Positions 21,013 to 31,220 of a DNA stretch of 64,000 nt are shown in pieces; position 1 is the first letter of the stretch, and each line of letters begins with the position of its first letter. The notes under the pieces were generated by a model. The model saw only the letters and a list, made by a program, of their open reading frames with translations. It had not been told where the DNA came from and searched no databases. The stretch is from positions 3,202,492 to 3,266,491 of the forward strand of contig CBDFIS010000006.1 in NCBI GenBank assembly GCA_965248205.1, in the 5' to 3' direction. The translations under genes were made by a program, and so were the position numbers. This stretch comes from Bryobacterales bacterium (GTDB lineage Bacteria > Acidobacteriota > Terriglobia > Bryobacterales > UBA6623).

Positions 21013-22630
21013 ATGAGACCTCTCGGCCGCACCGTCCTTTTTGCGCTGTGGGCGCTTGTGTTGACCGCCCAGGTCAGCTACGAGGATCTTCTCACGGCCG
21101 AAGCCAAACCCGAGAATTGGATGACCTATTCGGGGACCTACAAGAGCCAGCATTACAGCGGGCTGAAGCAGATCACCCGCGAGAACGTTGGTGACCTCGA
21201 ACTGAAGTGGATAGAAGTGGATGTTTCATGCCGGCACGGAAGGCAAGCTACAGGCGACGCCACTGGTTGTTGACGGCATCATGTACTTGACCGAAGGAAA
21301 TAACAATGTCGTCGCGCTCGACGCCAAGACCGGCCGCAGATTCTGGACCTACGTCCACACTTTGCCCAAGAGAGTCAACACAGTCGCCCGCTCGAACCGC
21401 GGGGTAGCCCTCCTCGACGATCGGGTATTCACAGGAACGCTCGATGGCCGGCTGCTGGCGCTCGACGCCAAAACGGGGAACGTTCTCTGGAGCCAACAGG
21501 TCTGTGACAACACAAAAGGCTATACGGTGACCGTGGCTCCCCTAGCGGTCAAGGACAAGATCATCGTCGGAACCGCAGGCGGCGAGTACGGCATTCGCGG
21601 CTACCTTGACGCCTATGACGCGAAGACCGGAGAAAAAGCTTGGCGCTTCTACACCATACCCGGCCCTGGCGAGCCAGGCCACGAGACTTGGGAGAGTGAC
21701 GCTTGGAAGACGGGCGGCGGCTCGGCTTGGGTGACGGGATCGTTTGATCCTGACCTGAACCTTATCTACTGGGGCATTGGGAATCCCAGCCCTGATTGGA
21801 ATGGCGACATACGGCCCGGCGACAATCTCTACACGGGTTCCGTCGTGGCCCTTGACGTTGATAGCGGCAAGCTGAAATGGCACTTTCAGTTCACACCGCA
21901 TGACGTTTGGGACTGGGACTCGGTTCAGATTCCGGTGCTGGTGGACAGAGAGTTTCGCGGGCGGCCGCGCAAGTTGATGCTGTGGGGCAACCGCAATGCT
22001 TTCTTTTACGTGTTGGATCGCGAAACAGGCGAATTCTTGCTGGGAAAACCGTTTGCCAAGCAGACTTGGGCCAAAGGCCTCGACAAAAACGGTCGGCCCA
22101 TCAAACTACCGGGGGTGGAACCGACGAAGGAAGGCGTCAAGGTTTACCCGGCCGCGCAAGGAGCGACCAACTGGTATGCACCCTCCTACAGCCCGAGGAC
22201 CGGTCTCTTCTACTTGTCGGTCTGGGCGGATTACTGGGGCATGTTTTACTTGGGCGAACCGATCTTCACCGCCGGCAACCGATACGATGGCAGCCTCGTG
22301 GAAAGAATCTATCCTAACCACATGGCGGAGGAGGATGCGGGCTACGGGGCCATCCGCGCACTCGATCCCGAGACAGGAGAAAGGAAGTGGGAGTTCAAGA
22401 TGAGGGAGGTCTCCGAATCGGGATTGCTGACGACCGCCGGCGACGTCCTCTTCTCGGGCAGCATCGAGGGTAATCTCGTAGCCCTCGACGTCGAGACCGG
22501 CGAGTTGCTGTGGAGAAAAAACCTCGGCGCTCGAGCGGACAATTCACCTATTACCTACCTTGTCGATGGCGAGCAATACTTGTCCGTGAAGGCGGGCCTT
22601 ACACTTCTTACTTTTGGCCTGAGAGAGTAA
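21013..22630 (+). pseudogene. PQQ-dependent dehydrogenase-like quinoprotein, frameshifted by a 10-nt duplication
   Basis: Split into ORFs 21013-21273 and 21221-22630; GAAGTGGAT-A-GAAGTGGAT at 21204-21222; deleting 10 nt restores LELKWMFHAGTEGKLQATP (535 aa); W-motif repeats, GGEYGIRG and HDVWDWDS. Confidence 0.88.
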
Positions 22631-22722
22631 TACGTCACCCCTCATAGCGCAGTGTGTGCGCACGCGGCTGAAGCTACGAATTGCCGCTCTTTGCGGACCC
22701 GCCACCACACGATCGAGACACG

Positions 22723-23571
22723 ATGAAACTAGCACAGATTCGAGATTCTTCAGGAGCGCTGATGGCCGCCATCGTGGAGGACGGAAGCTATCGGCCGATC
22801 CCGGAGCAGACCGTGGCTTCGTTGATTCAAAAGGCCGAAGAGCAGCGGAAAAGTCTCGGCGAAGTCGCCTCCGAGATGACGGTAGGGGAAACGGTGAGCA
22901 CTCGGCCGGCAATTCCCGTGACTCCGTCGGAAGTTTGGGGTTGCGGCTGTACTTACGCCCCGAGCGCCGAGTTTCGTGACGCGGAACTCGGCACCGGCGA
23001 AGGAATGTACGGCTACGTGCACAACCCGGCCCACCGTCCGGAGATCTTCTTTAAGGGGACCAGCCGCTACTGCGTCGGCCCCGGCGAGGCGATCGGCATT
23101 CGCGCGGACTCTAAGTTCACCGCTCCCGAGCCGGAACTGGCGATTGTGATCAACAGTCGCGGCGACATCGTGGGTTACACGCTGGGCAACGACGTTTCGG
23201 CATGGGACATCGAAAAGGAAAACGCGCTCTACCTGCCGCAGTCAAAGGCCTACGAAGGTTGTTGCTCGCTTGGCCCGGTGATCGTAACCTCGGAAGAAAT
23301 CGAGAATCCATATGATTTGCAGTTGAGCTGTACGATCACTCGCAACGGAGAAACCACGTTCGAGGGATCGGCTTCTACCGCGCTGCTGCGGCGCAAGTTC
23401 GAGGAGTTGTCCGAATACCTGTTACGCAGTAACCCCGTGCCCGCACCCGCGGTTATTCTCACCGGTACCGGAATCATCGTGACGGAGGATGCGGCCCTGC
23501 AGCCGGGCGATGTGGTGACGATCGAAGCCGCCGAGATCGGGAAGTTAGTGAATCCAGCGAAGGTGGTGTAG
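22723..23571 (+). CDS. Fumarylacetoacetate hydrolase family protein (2-keto-3-deoxy sugar acid dehydratase-like)
   Basis: RPEIFFKG, PEPELAIVI, YTLGNDVSAWDIE, LYLPQSKAY, SLGPVI and LTGTG motifs; ATG at 22723. Confidence 0.88.
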   Translation: MKLAQIRDSSGALMAAIVEDGSYRPIPEQTVASLIQKAEEQRKSLGEVASEMTVGETVSTRPAIPVTPSEVWGCGCTYAPSAEFRDAELGTGEGMYGYVHNPAHRPEIFFKGTSRYCVGPGEAIGIRADSKFTAPEPELAIVINSRGDIVGYTLGNDVSAWDIEKENALYLPQSKAYEGCCSLGPVIVTSEEIENPYDLQLSCTITRNGETTFEGSASTALLRRKFEELSEYLLRSNPVPAPAVILTGTGIIVTEDAALQPGDVVTIEAAEIGKLVNPAKVV

Positions 23572-23585
23572 GGGGCTTTAGCAAC

Positions 23586-23801
23586 TCAGCTAGAAACGAC
23601 TTCGATCATTTCTTCTTGAATCCCCGGTGGGATGGGGTCGCCGTGCTCTTCGAGGCTCTTCAGATAGCCGGTGATCGCTTCCTGGATGTTGCGGCGAGCG
23701 TCTTCGCGCGTGGCACCTTGCGAAACGCAACCGGGTAACGACGGGCAGGTCGCGACGAACGGCCCGTCTTCGTCCTGCTCGATCAGCACCCTGTATTTCA
23801 T
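23586..23801 (-). CDS. HicB family antitoxin (short form, no adjacent hicA)
   Basis: MKYRVLIEQDEDGPFVATCPSLPGCVSQGATREDARRNIQEAI..YL is the HicB N-terminal signature. Confidence 0.9.
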   Translation of the reverse strand: MKYRVLIEQDEDGPFVATCPSLPGCVSQGATREDARRNIQEAITGYLKSLEEHGDPIPPGIQEEMIEVVSS

Positions 23802-23919
23802 ACCTGTTTCGATTCTAACACCACTAATCGAACAGACAGACATCGGGGCGGCGCACTCACCTCCTTCATTGACACCCCTCTTGCCCCCGTGATACAACCT
23901 CTACACGTTTGAGGTTGAG

Positions 23920-26900
23920 ATGCCGGGAGACGTCTCTAGAAGAGGCTTCGTCAAGACAAGCGCCGCGCTGGCGACGACGGCGTTCGGGTTCGATCTGCGG
24001 CCCGCTCAGGCCGCCGCCCGCGAGCTGAAGATCGCGCGGACGACCGAGACCCACAGTATTTGCCCTTACTGCGCGGTCGGCTGCAGCGTCGTCATCCACA
24101 CGCTCGGCGACAAGGCGAAAAACGTCAAGCCGACGGTCGTTCACATCGAGGGCGATCCGTCGAGTCCGATCAATCGCGGGACGCTGTGTTCCAAGGGCAT
24201 TTCCCTCAAAGAATTCGTTGTCAATGAGCGGCGGCTGACGCGACCGCTCTATCGCGCGCCGGGCGCGACCGAGTGGAAGGCGATTTCCTGGGACGAGGCC
24301 ATTGGAAAGATGGCCCGACGGATCAAAGACTCGCGCGACCGGGGGTTCGAGGCTCGCGACCCCCAGGGCCGCACGGTCAACCGTCTCGCCAACGTCGCCA
24401 TGATCGGCGGCTGCACCGACACGAACGAGATCAACTATCTGCTCGGCAAGCTGCGCTTCAGCCTGGGCGTATTGGCTTACGAAAACCAGGCCCGTCTTTG
24501 ACACGGTCCCACGGTGGCCAGTCTGGCCGCCACGTTCGGCCGCGGCGCCATGACGAATGGTTGGACCGACGTGGCCAACACGGACGTCGTGTTGGTAATG
24601 GGCGGCAATCCGGCCGAAAACCATCCCGTCGGCTTCCGTTTCGTCATGGAAGCCAAACGCCATCGCAAGGCGAAACTGGTGTGTGTCGATCCGCGCTTCA
24701 ATCGCACAGCGGCGGTTTCCGACAGCTATGTGCAGATTCGCTCCGGCAGCGACATCGCCTTCTTGGGCGGACTGATCCACTACGCCCTGTCCCACGACCA
24801 ATACCACGCCGACTACGTGCGCGAACATACGAACGCAACGTTCCTGGTAGGGGAAGGCTTCGCCTTTGAAGATGGCTATTTCTCCGGATGGGACGCAGCC
24901 AAGAAGCGCTACGACAAGTCCACATGGCGATACGAACTTGACGGGCGCGGCTTCGCCAGAGTGGATCGCACGCTAGAGCATCCGCGCTCCGTTTTCCAAT
25001 TACTCAAGAAGCACTATACGCGTTACACGCCCGACAAAGTGGCCGCCATTTGCGGCTGCTCGGCCGAAGCATTCGAGAAGGCCGCCGAGGTTATCTGTTC
25101 GACGGGACGAGCCGGACGTTCGGGCACCATCCTTTACGCGCTCGGGTGGACGCAGCACAGCCACTCGGTACAGTTGATCCATACCGCGGCGATGCTGCAG
25201 TTGTTGTTGGGCAATGTCGGCATCCCCGGCGGAGGCGTCAACGCCCAGCGCGGCCACTCGAATATTCAAGGCGCTACCGACCTGGGCGCGTGGAACATGC
25301 TTCCCGGCTACCTGAAGCTGCCGAGGGCCGATTGGACCACGCTGGCGGAGTACGTAAGAGCAAACTCGCCAAAGCCTCTGCGTCCGAACTCACTCAACTA
25401 CTGGGAAAACACGTCGAAGTTCATGGTCAGCTTGCTCAAGGCCTACTACGGCGAGAGTGCGAGCCGGAAAAACGATTTCGGGTACGACAATCTGCCCAAA
25501 ATCGCCGAAGGCGACGATCACAGCTGGGGCTTTCTTTTCGACAAGATGTACGCCGACGAAGTGGAAGGGATGCTCTCGTTCGGCATGAACCCGGTCGCGA
25601 ACGGGCCCAACACCGTCAAGATGATCGAGGCGCTCGGGAAATTGAAATGGTTGATCGTCGCCGAGAACTTCGAGACCGAAACCGCGGCCTTTTGGAAAGC
25701 GAAAACACTGGCGAAGGAGTACTATCCCGGAGTCACCGATCCCGCGGACATCCAGACGGAAGTTTTCCTGCTGCCGGCCTCCTGCTTCGCGGAGAAAGAC
25801 GGCACGTTCGTAAATTCCTCGCGCTGGTTGCAGTGGAAATATAAAGCGCTCGACGCCCCCGGTGAAGCGAAAGACGATCAAGAAATCATCGCCCGCCTGT
25901 TTTTGAAGATCCGCGAACTCTATGAGAAAGAAAGCGGCACAGCGCCCGAGCCATTACTGGCGATGGATTGGAGCTACGCGAATCCCGTGGCCCCTTCGCT
26001 GGAAGAAGTCGCAAAGGAAATCAGCGGCCAGGAGATTTCGAGCGGTCACCAGGTACCTGGGTTTGGCGCGCTCAAGGACGACGGCTCGACCTTGTGCGGT
26101 AACTGGCTGTATTCGGGATCAGTCACGGAAGACGGCAACCTGATTGCTCGCCAGGGACAGGAGGACCCGACCGGGCTCGGCCTCTACGCCAACTGGGCGT
26201 GGAGCTGGCCCGCAAATAGACGAGTGCTCTACAATCGCGCCTCCGCGGACGCGAGCGGAAAGCCCTGGGACGAAAGCCGCGCGGCGATCCGTTGGAAAGA
26301 CGGCCGCTGGACGGGCGACGTACCCGACTACAAGGCCGATGCGCCGCCGGACGCCAACGGCGCGTTCATCATGTTGGCGGAAGGCGTGGCGAAGCTCTTT
26401 GCGTCGGATTTCGTGGAAGGGCCGTTCCCCGAGCACTACGAGCCGGCCGAGTCGCCGGTCGAGAACCTGCTGCATCCCGAAGTCGGGAGCAATCCCGCGA
26501 TGAAGGTTTTCTCAAGCGACCTCGACTCGCTCGGCGATGCCGCGAAATATCCCTACGTAGCGATCACCTATCGGCTGACCGAACACTTCCATTACTGGAC
26601 GAAGCACGTCAGCGCAACTTCACAGCTGCAGTCCAACTTCTTCGTCGAACTACCAGCGGAGCTGGCTGACGAAAAGAACATTCGCAGCGGAGACGCGGTG
26701 CGGGTGAGCTCGGCGCGCGGCAGCGTGGAAGGGCCGGCGCTGGTCACAAAGCGGATGAAAGGCCTGCAGGTCGCCGGCAAGACGATTTACCACGTCGGCT
26801 TGCCGATCCATTGGGGTTTCCTGGGACGCGTCAAAGGCCCGTTGATCAACAACCTGACACCGTCGGTGATGGACCCGAATTCAGGTACACCCGAATACAA

Positions 26901-26931
26901 GGGGTTCTTGGTGAACATGGAGAAGGTTTGA
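23920..26931 (+). CDS. fdnG: Formate dehydrogenase-N alpha subunit, selenocysteine-containing (Sec194 at TGA 24499-24501)
   Basis: Tat signal SRRGFVK; CPYCAVGC..C Fe-S motif; ENQARL-TGA-HGPTVASLAATFGRGAMTN matches the FdnG NQARxUHGPTVASL..TFGRGAMTN motif; the two ORF-track pieces are in the same frame (1003 aa in total). Confidence 0.95.
24513..24531 (+). promoter_or_regulatory. Bacterial SECIS element
   Basis: GGUGGCCA-GUC-UGGCCGCC hairpin with GU in the apical region, starting 11 nt after the UGA, the same spacing as in E. coli fdhF/fdnG. Confidence 0.85.
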
Positions 26932-27006
26932 AAATGGGGCTTGGGAAATGGGAACAGTCAGCCAATTTCCTTTTCGCCATTCCCTGCTGAATAGCTAAAC
27001 CCAAGC

Positions 27007-27846
27007 ATGCACACCGTTGCCAAACTGATCGATACGACGACTTGCATTGGCTGCAAAGCCTGCGAGGTCGCCTGCCAGGAGTGGAACGATCAGCAATTCA
27101 CCATCGGCACATTCGACGGTACCTACCAGACGCTACCCGATCTCGAACACAACTTTTGGAACTTGATCAAGTTCAACGAGTTCGAACGCGAAGACGGCGA
27201 ACTCACCTGGAACATGGTCAAGTACCAGTGCATGCACTGCATTGACCCGGGCTGCCTGAAGGCCTGCCCCGCGCCGGGAGCAATCTTTCGACAGGAAGAC
27301 GGCATTGTCGATTTTGACCACGACAAGTGCATCGGCTGCGGTTATTGCATTACCGGATGTCCTTTCGACGTGCCGCGGCTGAGCCCCAAGACGAAAAAGG
27401 TCTACAAGTGTTCGCTTTGTTCGGACCGTACAGCCGTCGGGCTCGAACCGGCGTGCATCAAGGCCTGTCCGACAAACTGCCTGAGCTTCGGTACACGCGA
27501 AGACTTGATCCAGATCGCAAACGCTCGGGTGACCGAATTGCGGGACGACGGGCACGTCCAAGCCGGTGTCTACAACCCGGAAGGCGTCGGCGGGACGCAC
27601 GTGCTCTACGTCTTGCGAGACTCCTCGGATCCGGAAAGTTACGGGCTTCCCAAGGACCCCAAGATCCCTTGGACCGTGGCGCTATGGAAGGGTCCGCTCA
27701 AATGGCTTGGCAACTTAGTTCTTGTCGGTGGGATTTTGGGAACGTTCTTCCACTACTTGCGGTATGGGCCGCGGACTTATGAGGATGCCGGGCCAAGCGC
27801 CGAGATCCAGCCCATCGAACCTGACCCTGACGATGTCAAAGTCTAG
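27007..27846 (+). CDS. fdnH: Formate dehydrogenase iron-sulfur (beta) subunit
   Basis: CIGCKACEVACQEWN, CMHCIDPGCLKACP, CIGCGYCITGCPF, KCSLC..R..EPACIKACP; C-terminal TM helix. Confidence 0.95.
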   Translation: MHTVAKLIDTTTCIGCKACEVACQEWNDQQFTIGTFDGTYQTLPDLEHNFWNLIKFNEFEREDGELTWNMVKYQCMHCIDPGCLKACPAPGAIFRQEDGIVDFDHDKCIGCGYCITGCPFDVPRLSPKTKKVYKCSLCSDRTAVGLEPACIKACPTNCLSFGTREDLIQIANARVTELRDDGHVQAGVYNPEGVGGTHVLYVLRDSSDPESYGLPKDPKIPWTVALWKGPLKWLGNLVLVGGILGTFFHYLRYGPRTYEDAGPSAEIQPIEPDPDDVKV

Positions 27847-28456
27847 CGAGAGAAGAGTTGAGCGATTCTCGTTCAACGAACGGGCTATCCACTGGATGGC
27901 AGCGATCAGTTTTCTCTACGCTGCGCTCACAGGGCTGGCGCTCTGGACTCCGCACCTGTTCTGGCTGGCAGGAGTATTCGGTGGAGGCGAAACGGTTCGT
28001 TGGGGACACCCTTGGGGCGGAGTGATCTTTGCCGTCGTCCTGGGTTTCATGTTCCGTAACTGGGCGCGCCAGATGCGACTTGATTCCGACGATAGGGTCT
28101 GGCTGCGGAATGCTCACAAGTACGCCGTACACGACGACAAGGGACTGCCCGAGGCCGGACGCTTCAATGCCGGCCAGAAAATGCTTTTCTGGGTGCAAAC
28201 CGGATGCACGCTTCTGCTATTCGCCAGCGGTATCGTGCTGTGGTTTCCCGAAGCAATGCCCCGATCCTTACGCCTGGCCGCAATCCTGATCCATCCCGCT
28301 GTCGCCGTCACTTCGATTGGCGGAATCATCGTCCATATCTACATGGGCACCGCAGCGGTTCCTGAAGCCTTCCGAGGGATGATCCAAGGATGGGTGAAGC
28401 CGGGCTGGGCTGCTTCCCACCACCCCAAGTGGTACCGGGAGATCTCGAAGAGATAG
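27833..28456 (+). CDS. fdnI: Formate dehydrogenase cytochrome b556 (gamma) subunit
   Basis: ERAIHW, WGHPWGG, GRFNAGQK, IHPA, VHIYMG, FRGMIQGWV..WAASHHPKWY; ATG 27833 overlaps the fdnH end. Confidence 0.93.
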   Translation: MSKSSERRVERFSFNERAIHWMAAISFLYAALTGLALWTPHLFWLAGVFGGGETVRWGHPWGGVIFAVVLGFMFRNWARQMRLDSDDRVWLRNAHKYAVHDDKGLPEAGRFNAGQKMLFWVQTGCTLLLFASGIVLWFPEAMPRSLRLAAILIHPAVAVTSIGGIIVHIYMGTAAVPEAFRGMIQGWVKPGWAASHHPKWYREISKR

Positions 28457-28479
28457 CGTTAGGGCTACTGCGAACAGGA

Positions 28480-28785
28480 TCAGCTAGCAGCTTTCTTTAA
28501 TGCTTTGCGGGTCGCCGCCCGCTTCTTGGTTTGCGTGCGTTGCCGTGGGTTCACCTGAGCTGCATCCACTGTCAGGTTGCTCTCATTTTCGAACCGCTGA
28601 ATACCAATATCTAGGACCGGCACGATAGCAGCCGGACTTAAGTCTCCCGATTGCTCTCCGATGTTGGCGCCTTTGATACCAAACCTTATGTAGATACCCC
28701 AAATACCTTCATGGATGCCCTGCTTTTTCACAAGGGCCTCAGTCACTTCTCCGTAACTGAAAGTAATCTGCTTCGTTTCAGCCAT
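28480..28785 (-). CDS. Hypothetical protein (101 aa), third gene of the toxin/HTH module
   Basis: MAETKQITFSYGEVTEALVKKQGIHEGIWGIYIRFG...; its ATG overlaps the HTH gene stop (ATGGCTGA). Confidence 0.75.
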   Translation of the reverse strand: MAETKQITFSYGEVTEALVKKQGIHEGIWGIYIRFGIKGANIGEQSGDLSPAAIVPVLDIGIQRFENESNLTVDAAQVNPRQRTQTKKRAATRKALKKAAS

Positions 28786-29269
28786 AGATGGACCCCGCGG
28801 AACTTCCGACGTTGGAAGCGTGGTCGTCAAAGAAGCGAGCACCTGAAAGATTCTCCCCTGTGTTGAAGTTTTCCCGGTTGTCTGGCGACGGAAGAATAAT
28901 GGTGTACGAAGTACCATCATTCAACGAGAAAAAGTCGGCAGGCTTTCCAGCACGCTCCCAGCAAGAAAGAAAGATCTCAGAGTTGACAGGACCGTTATGG
29001 TTATCAGGGTCACCGTCATCATAGGCAACAACCGATACTTTCTTGCCCAGCGCACGAGCGTAGCGGACAATGTTCTTGAGGGTGACATTCCCAGGGTTGC
29101 TCAAAACCTGTGAAACCCGCCCTCTGGAAACGCCCAGCTTTTCGGCAAGAGCTGCCTGAGTGGTTTCGCCTGAATCTATCAATTTCTCAATTTGCGCAAC
29201 GAAATCCCAGCCAATCTTATACAGAAAATCCTCGACGCTCCGTTCAGTCCAATGCTTTAGTTCACCCAC
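28778..29269 (-). CDS. XRE/Cro-C1 HTH protein, putative antitoxin with C-terminal extension
   Basis: TTQAALAEKLGVSRGRVSQVLSNPGNVTLKNIVRYARALG HTH; its start overlaps the toxin stop by 13 nt. Confidence 0.85.
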   Translation of the reverse strand: MGELKHWTERSVEDFLYKIGWDFVAQIEKLIDSGETTQAALAEKLGVSRGRVSQVLSNPGNVTLKNIVRYARALGKKVSVVAYDDGDPDNHNGPVNSEIFLSCWERAGKPADFFSLNDGTSYTIILPSPDNRENFNTGENLSGARFFDDHASNVGSSAGSIYG

Positions 29270-29457
29270 TGTTGGCTACCTCCGCTATCTGGAAACGCTA
29301 TTGTGATAGCGTCACGCACCGAACTATCAACGCGCAAACCGTTGACCGCATCCAACTCGGTTATATCTGTCGCTTCCTGACTTTTCTTGGCGTGTGAGAC
29401 GAGAACACATAGCTGAAATCTCCTATTGGCGTTTGGTGTAGGGTGACAAAGAAAACC

Positions 29458-30786
29458 CAGTGCTGTCCGGGGAAAGTCGCGCCATCGGACGGTAAGTCTC
29501 GACCGTTCAATGTCTTATGGCCTGTTTTGCCCGGGAACGATTTGAAATCCCGAGGCCGCAAATGGTCGCCTGAACGGAGCATCCGGACGCGGCACAATGA
29601 GGGATGAACCTTGGCCGTACGGTTTTCTCCCAACTGATCGAGCACCTACCGAGCAAAGAGTTTCAGAAATGTGTATCGCGCTACCGCGGCGATTCCTATC
29701 TGAAAAGTTTCTCCTGCTGGGATCAGTTTCTTGCGATGGCATTCGCCCAGCTGACCTATCGGGCAAGCCTCCGCGACATCGAGACGTGCCTGCGTTCGAT
29801 GCACGGCAAACTCTACCACATGGGATTCCGCGGCAGGGTAGCGCGCTCGACACTGGCCGACGCGAACGAGTCGCGCGACTGGCGGATCTACGCGGACTTC
29901 GCGCAGGTCTTGATTGGCATGGCACGGCCGTTATATGCCCACGACCCGATCGGTGTGGACTTGGACCAGACTCTGTACGCTCTCGACTCGACAACAATCG
30001 ACCTCTGCCTGTCGCTGTTTCCGTGGGCGAGATTCCGCAAGCAAAAAGCCGCCGTGAAGATGCACACGCTGCTGGATCTGCACGGCAATATTCCCACGTT
30101 CATCCGCATTACTGGAGGCAAAGTGCACGACATCAACATCCTCGACGAGATCGGCCCGGAGGCCGGCGCGTTCTACGTCATGGATCGGGCCTACGTCGAT
30201 TTCGAACGCCTCTTCGTGTTCACTCTCTGCTCGTCGTTCTTCGTCGTGCGAACCAAGAAGAACATCTTGCTCCAACGGCGCTACTCGCATCCCGTCGACA
30301 AATCCACGGGCTTGCGCTCGGATCAGACCGTCATACTGGCTGCCATCGAATCGGCCCAAGCCTATCCCGACCCGTTGCGGAGGGTCAGTTACTTCGACGC
30401 CCGGACGAACAAGCGGCTGAAGTTTCTGACCAACAACTTCGCGCTCCCGGCGCTGACCATCGCCCACATCTACAAGTCGCGTTGGCAGATTGAGTTGTTC
30501 TTCAAGTGGATCAAGCAACATCTGCGAATCAACTCGTTTTACGGCACCAGCGAGAACGCCGTCAAGACGCAGATCTGGATCGCTGTCTCGATTTACGTGC
30601 TCATCGCCATCGTCCGGAAACGCCTCGGGCTGGAAGCGAGTCTTTACCAGATTCTACAGATTCTCAGCGTTACGCAATTCGAAAAAATGCCCCTTTTACA
30701 GGCACTCCAGCCATCCGACTCCCCAAACGAATCCCCCTATGACCCCAACCAATTGATTCTATTCGACTTTTAACCGGACAGCAGTG
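29458..30786 (+). mobile_element. IS4-family insertion sequence, copy 2 (1329 bp)
   Basis: Same ends as copy 1; 9-bp TSD AAGAAAACC at 29449-29457 and 30787-30795. Confidence 0.97.
29604..30773 (+). CDS. IS4 family DDE transposase
   Basis: Translation identical to 19179-20348. Confidence 0.95.
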   Translation: MNLGRTVFSQLIEHLPSKEFQKCVSRYRGDSYLKSFSCWDQFLAMAFAQLTYRASLRDIETCLRSMHGKLYHMGFRGRVARSTLADANESRDWRIYADFAQVLIGMARPLYAHDPIGVDLDQTLYALDSTTIDLCLSLFPWARFRKQKAAVKMHTLLDLHGNIPTFIRITGGKVHDINILDEIGPEAGAFYVMDRAYVDFERLFVFTLCSSFFVVRTKKNILLQRRYSHPVDKSTGLRSDQTVILAAIESAQAYPDPLRRVSYFDARTNKRLKFLTNNFALPALTIAHIYKSRWQIELFFKWIKQHLRINSFYGTSENAVKTQIWIAVSIYVLIAIVRKRLGLEASLYQILQILSVTQFEKMPLLQALQPSDSPNESPYDPNQLILFDF

Positions 30787-31220
30787 AAGAAAACCATATA
30801 ACCGATGGTGTTGGCGCCGTACCTTCCACTTGAACACGAAGCACTCCCTATAGCCTTCCTGATTGAAGCCATGGAACCATTTGGCATGTTTGCCACCCTC
30901 AATCCAATTCTCAAATCGACTCCTAAGTTCCCGCTCCTTCTTATCGTCCAGGCCTGCGAATACTACAGCCGCGTCGATCCCGCTGTCTTCCCGGCAGCAC
31001 AAAAAGACGACGCCTCGTCGATCTGACATCTTCAGCAGCCCTATGCGCTTGACGACGTATGTTTTGCTGGGCATTGCTGGAGACCAAACCGCAGAAGTTT
31101 AGGCATACGTATACCCGGCTGCCTCTAAGTTTACACATATCTAAACAATTCTGCAAGCAGTTTGTTGTCCCGGCTGCCCCGGTCCTAGCTGCTGAGGGTT
31201 CCTAGAACTCTGCCGCCAAC

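Larger units (their letters stand above)
18848..21016 (+). pseudogene. Diheme cytochrome c (partner of the quinoprotein) split by IS4 copy 1
   Basis: Removing the IS and one TSD copy restores CCC TTC TGC GCA ATA TGC CAT (PFCAICH) in an 831-nt frame (276 aa); second motif CSRCH, then GPDLSRIG, GRRLNEDTFS and SAMP. Confidence 0.9.
29257..31074 (-). pseudogene. RelE/HigB(Gp49)-like toxin split by IS4 copy 2
   Basis: Rejoining 31074-30787 with 29448-29257 gives a 159-aa ORF ...ECFVFKWK..HHRLYGFLCHP..FQLCVLVSHAKKSQEATD..ELD, resembling the RelE-fold RLYGF / hhhhH.KK.Q pattern. Confidence 0.75.

Noticed and set aside
23920-26931. fdnG as two genes or a nonsense pseudogene
   Set aside because: The TGA is in frame at the conserved Sec position with a correctly spaced SECIS, so it is treated as one selenoprotein gene.
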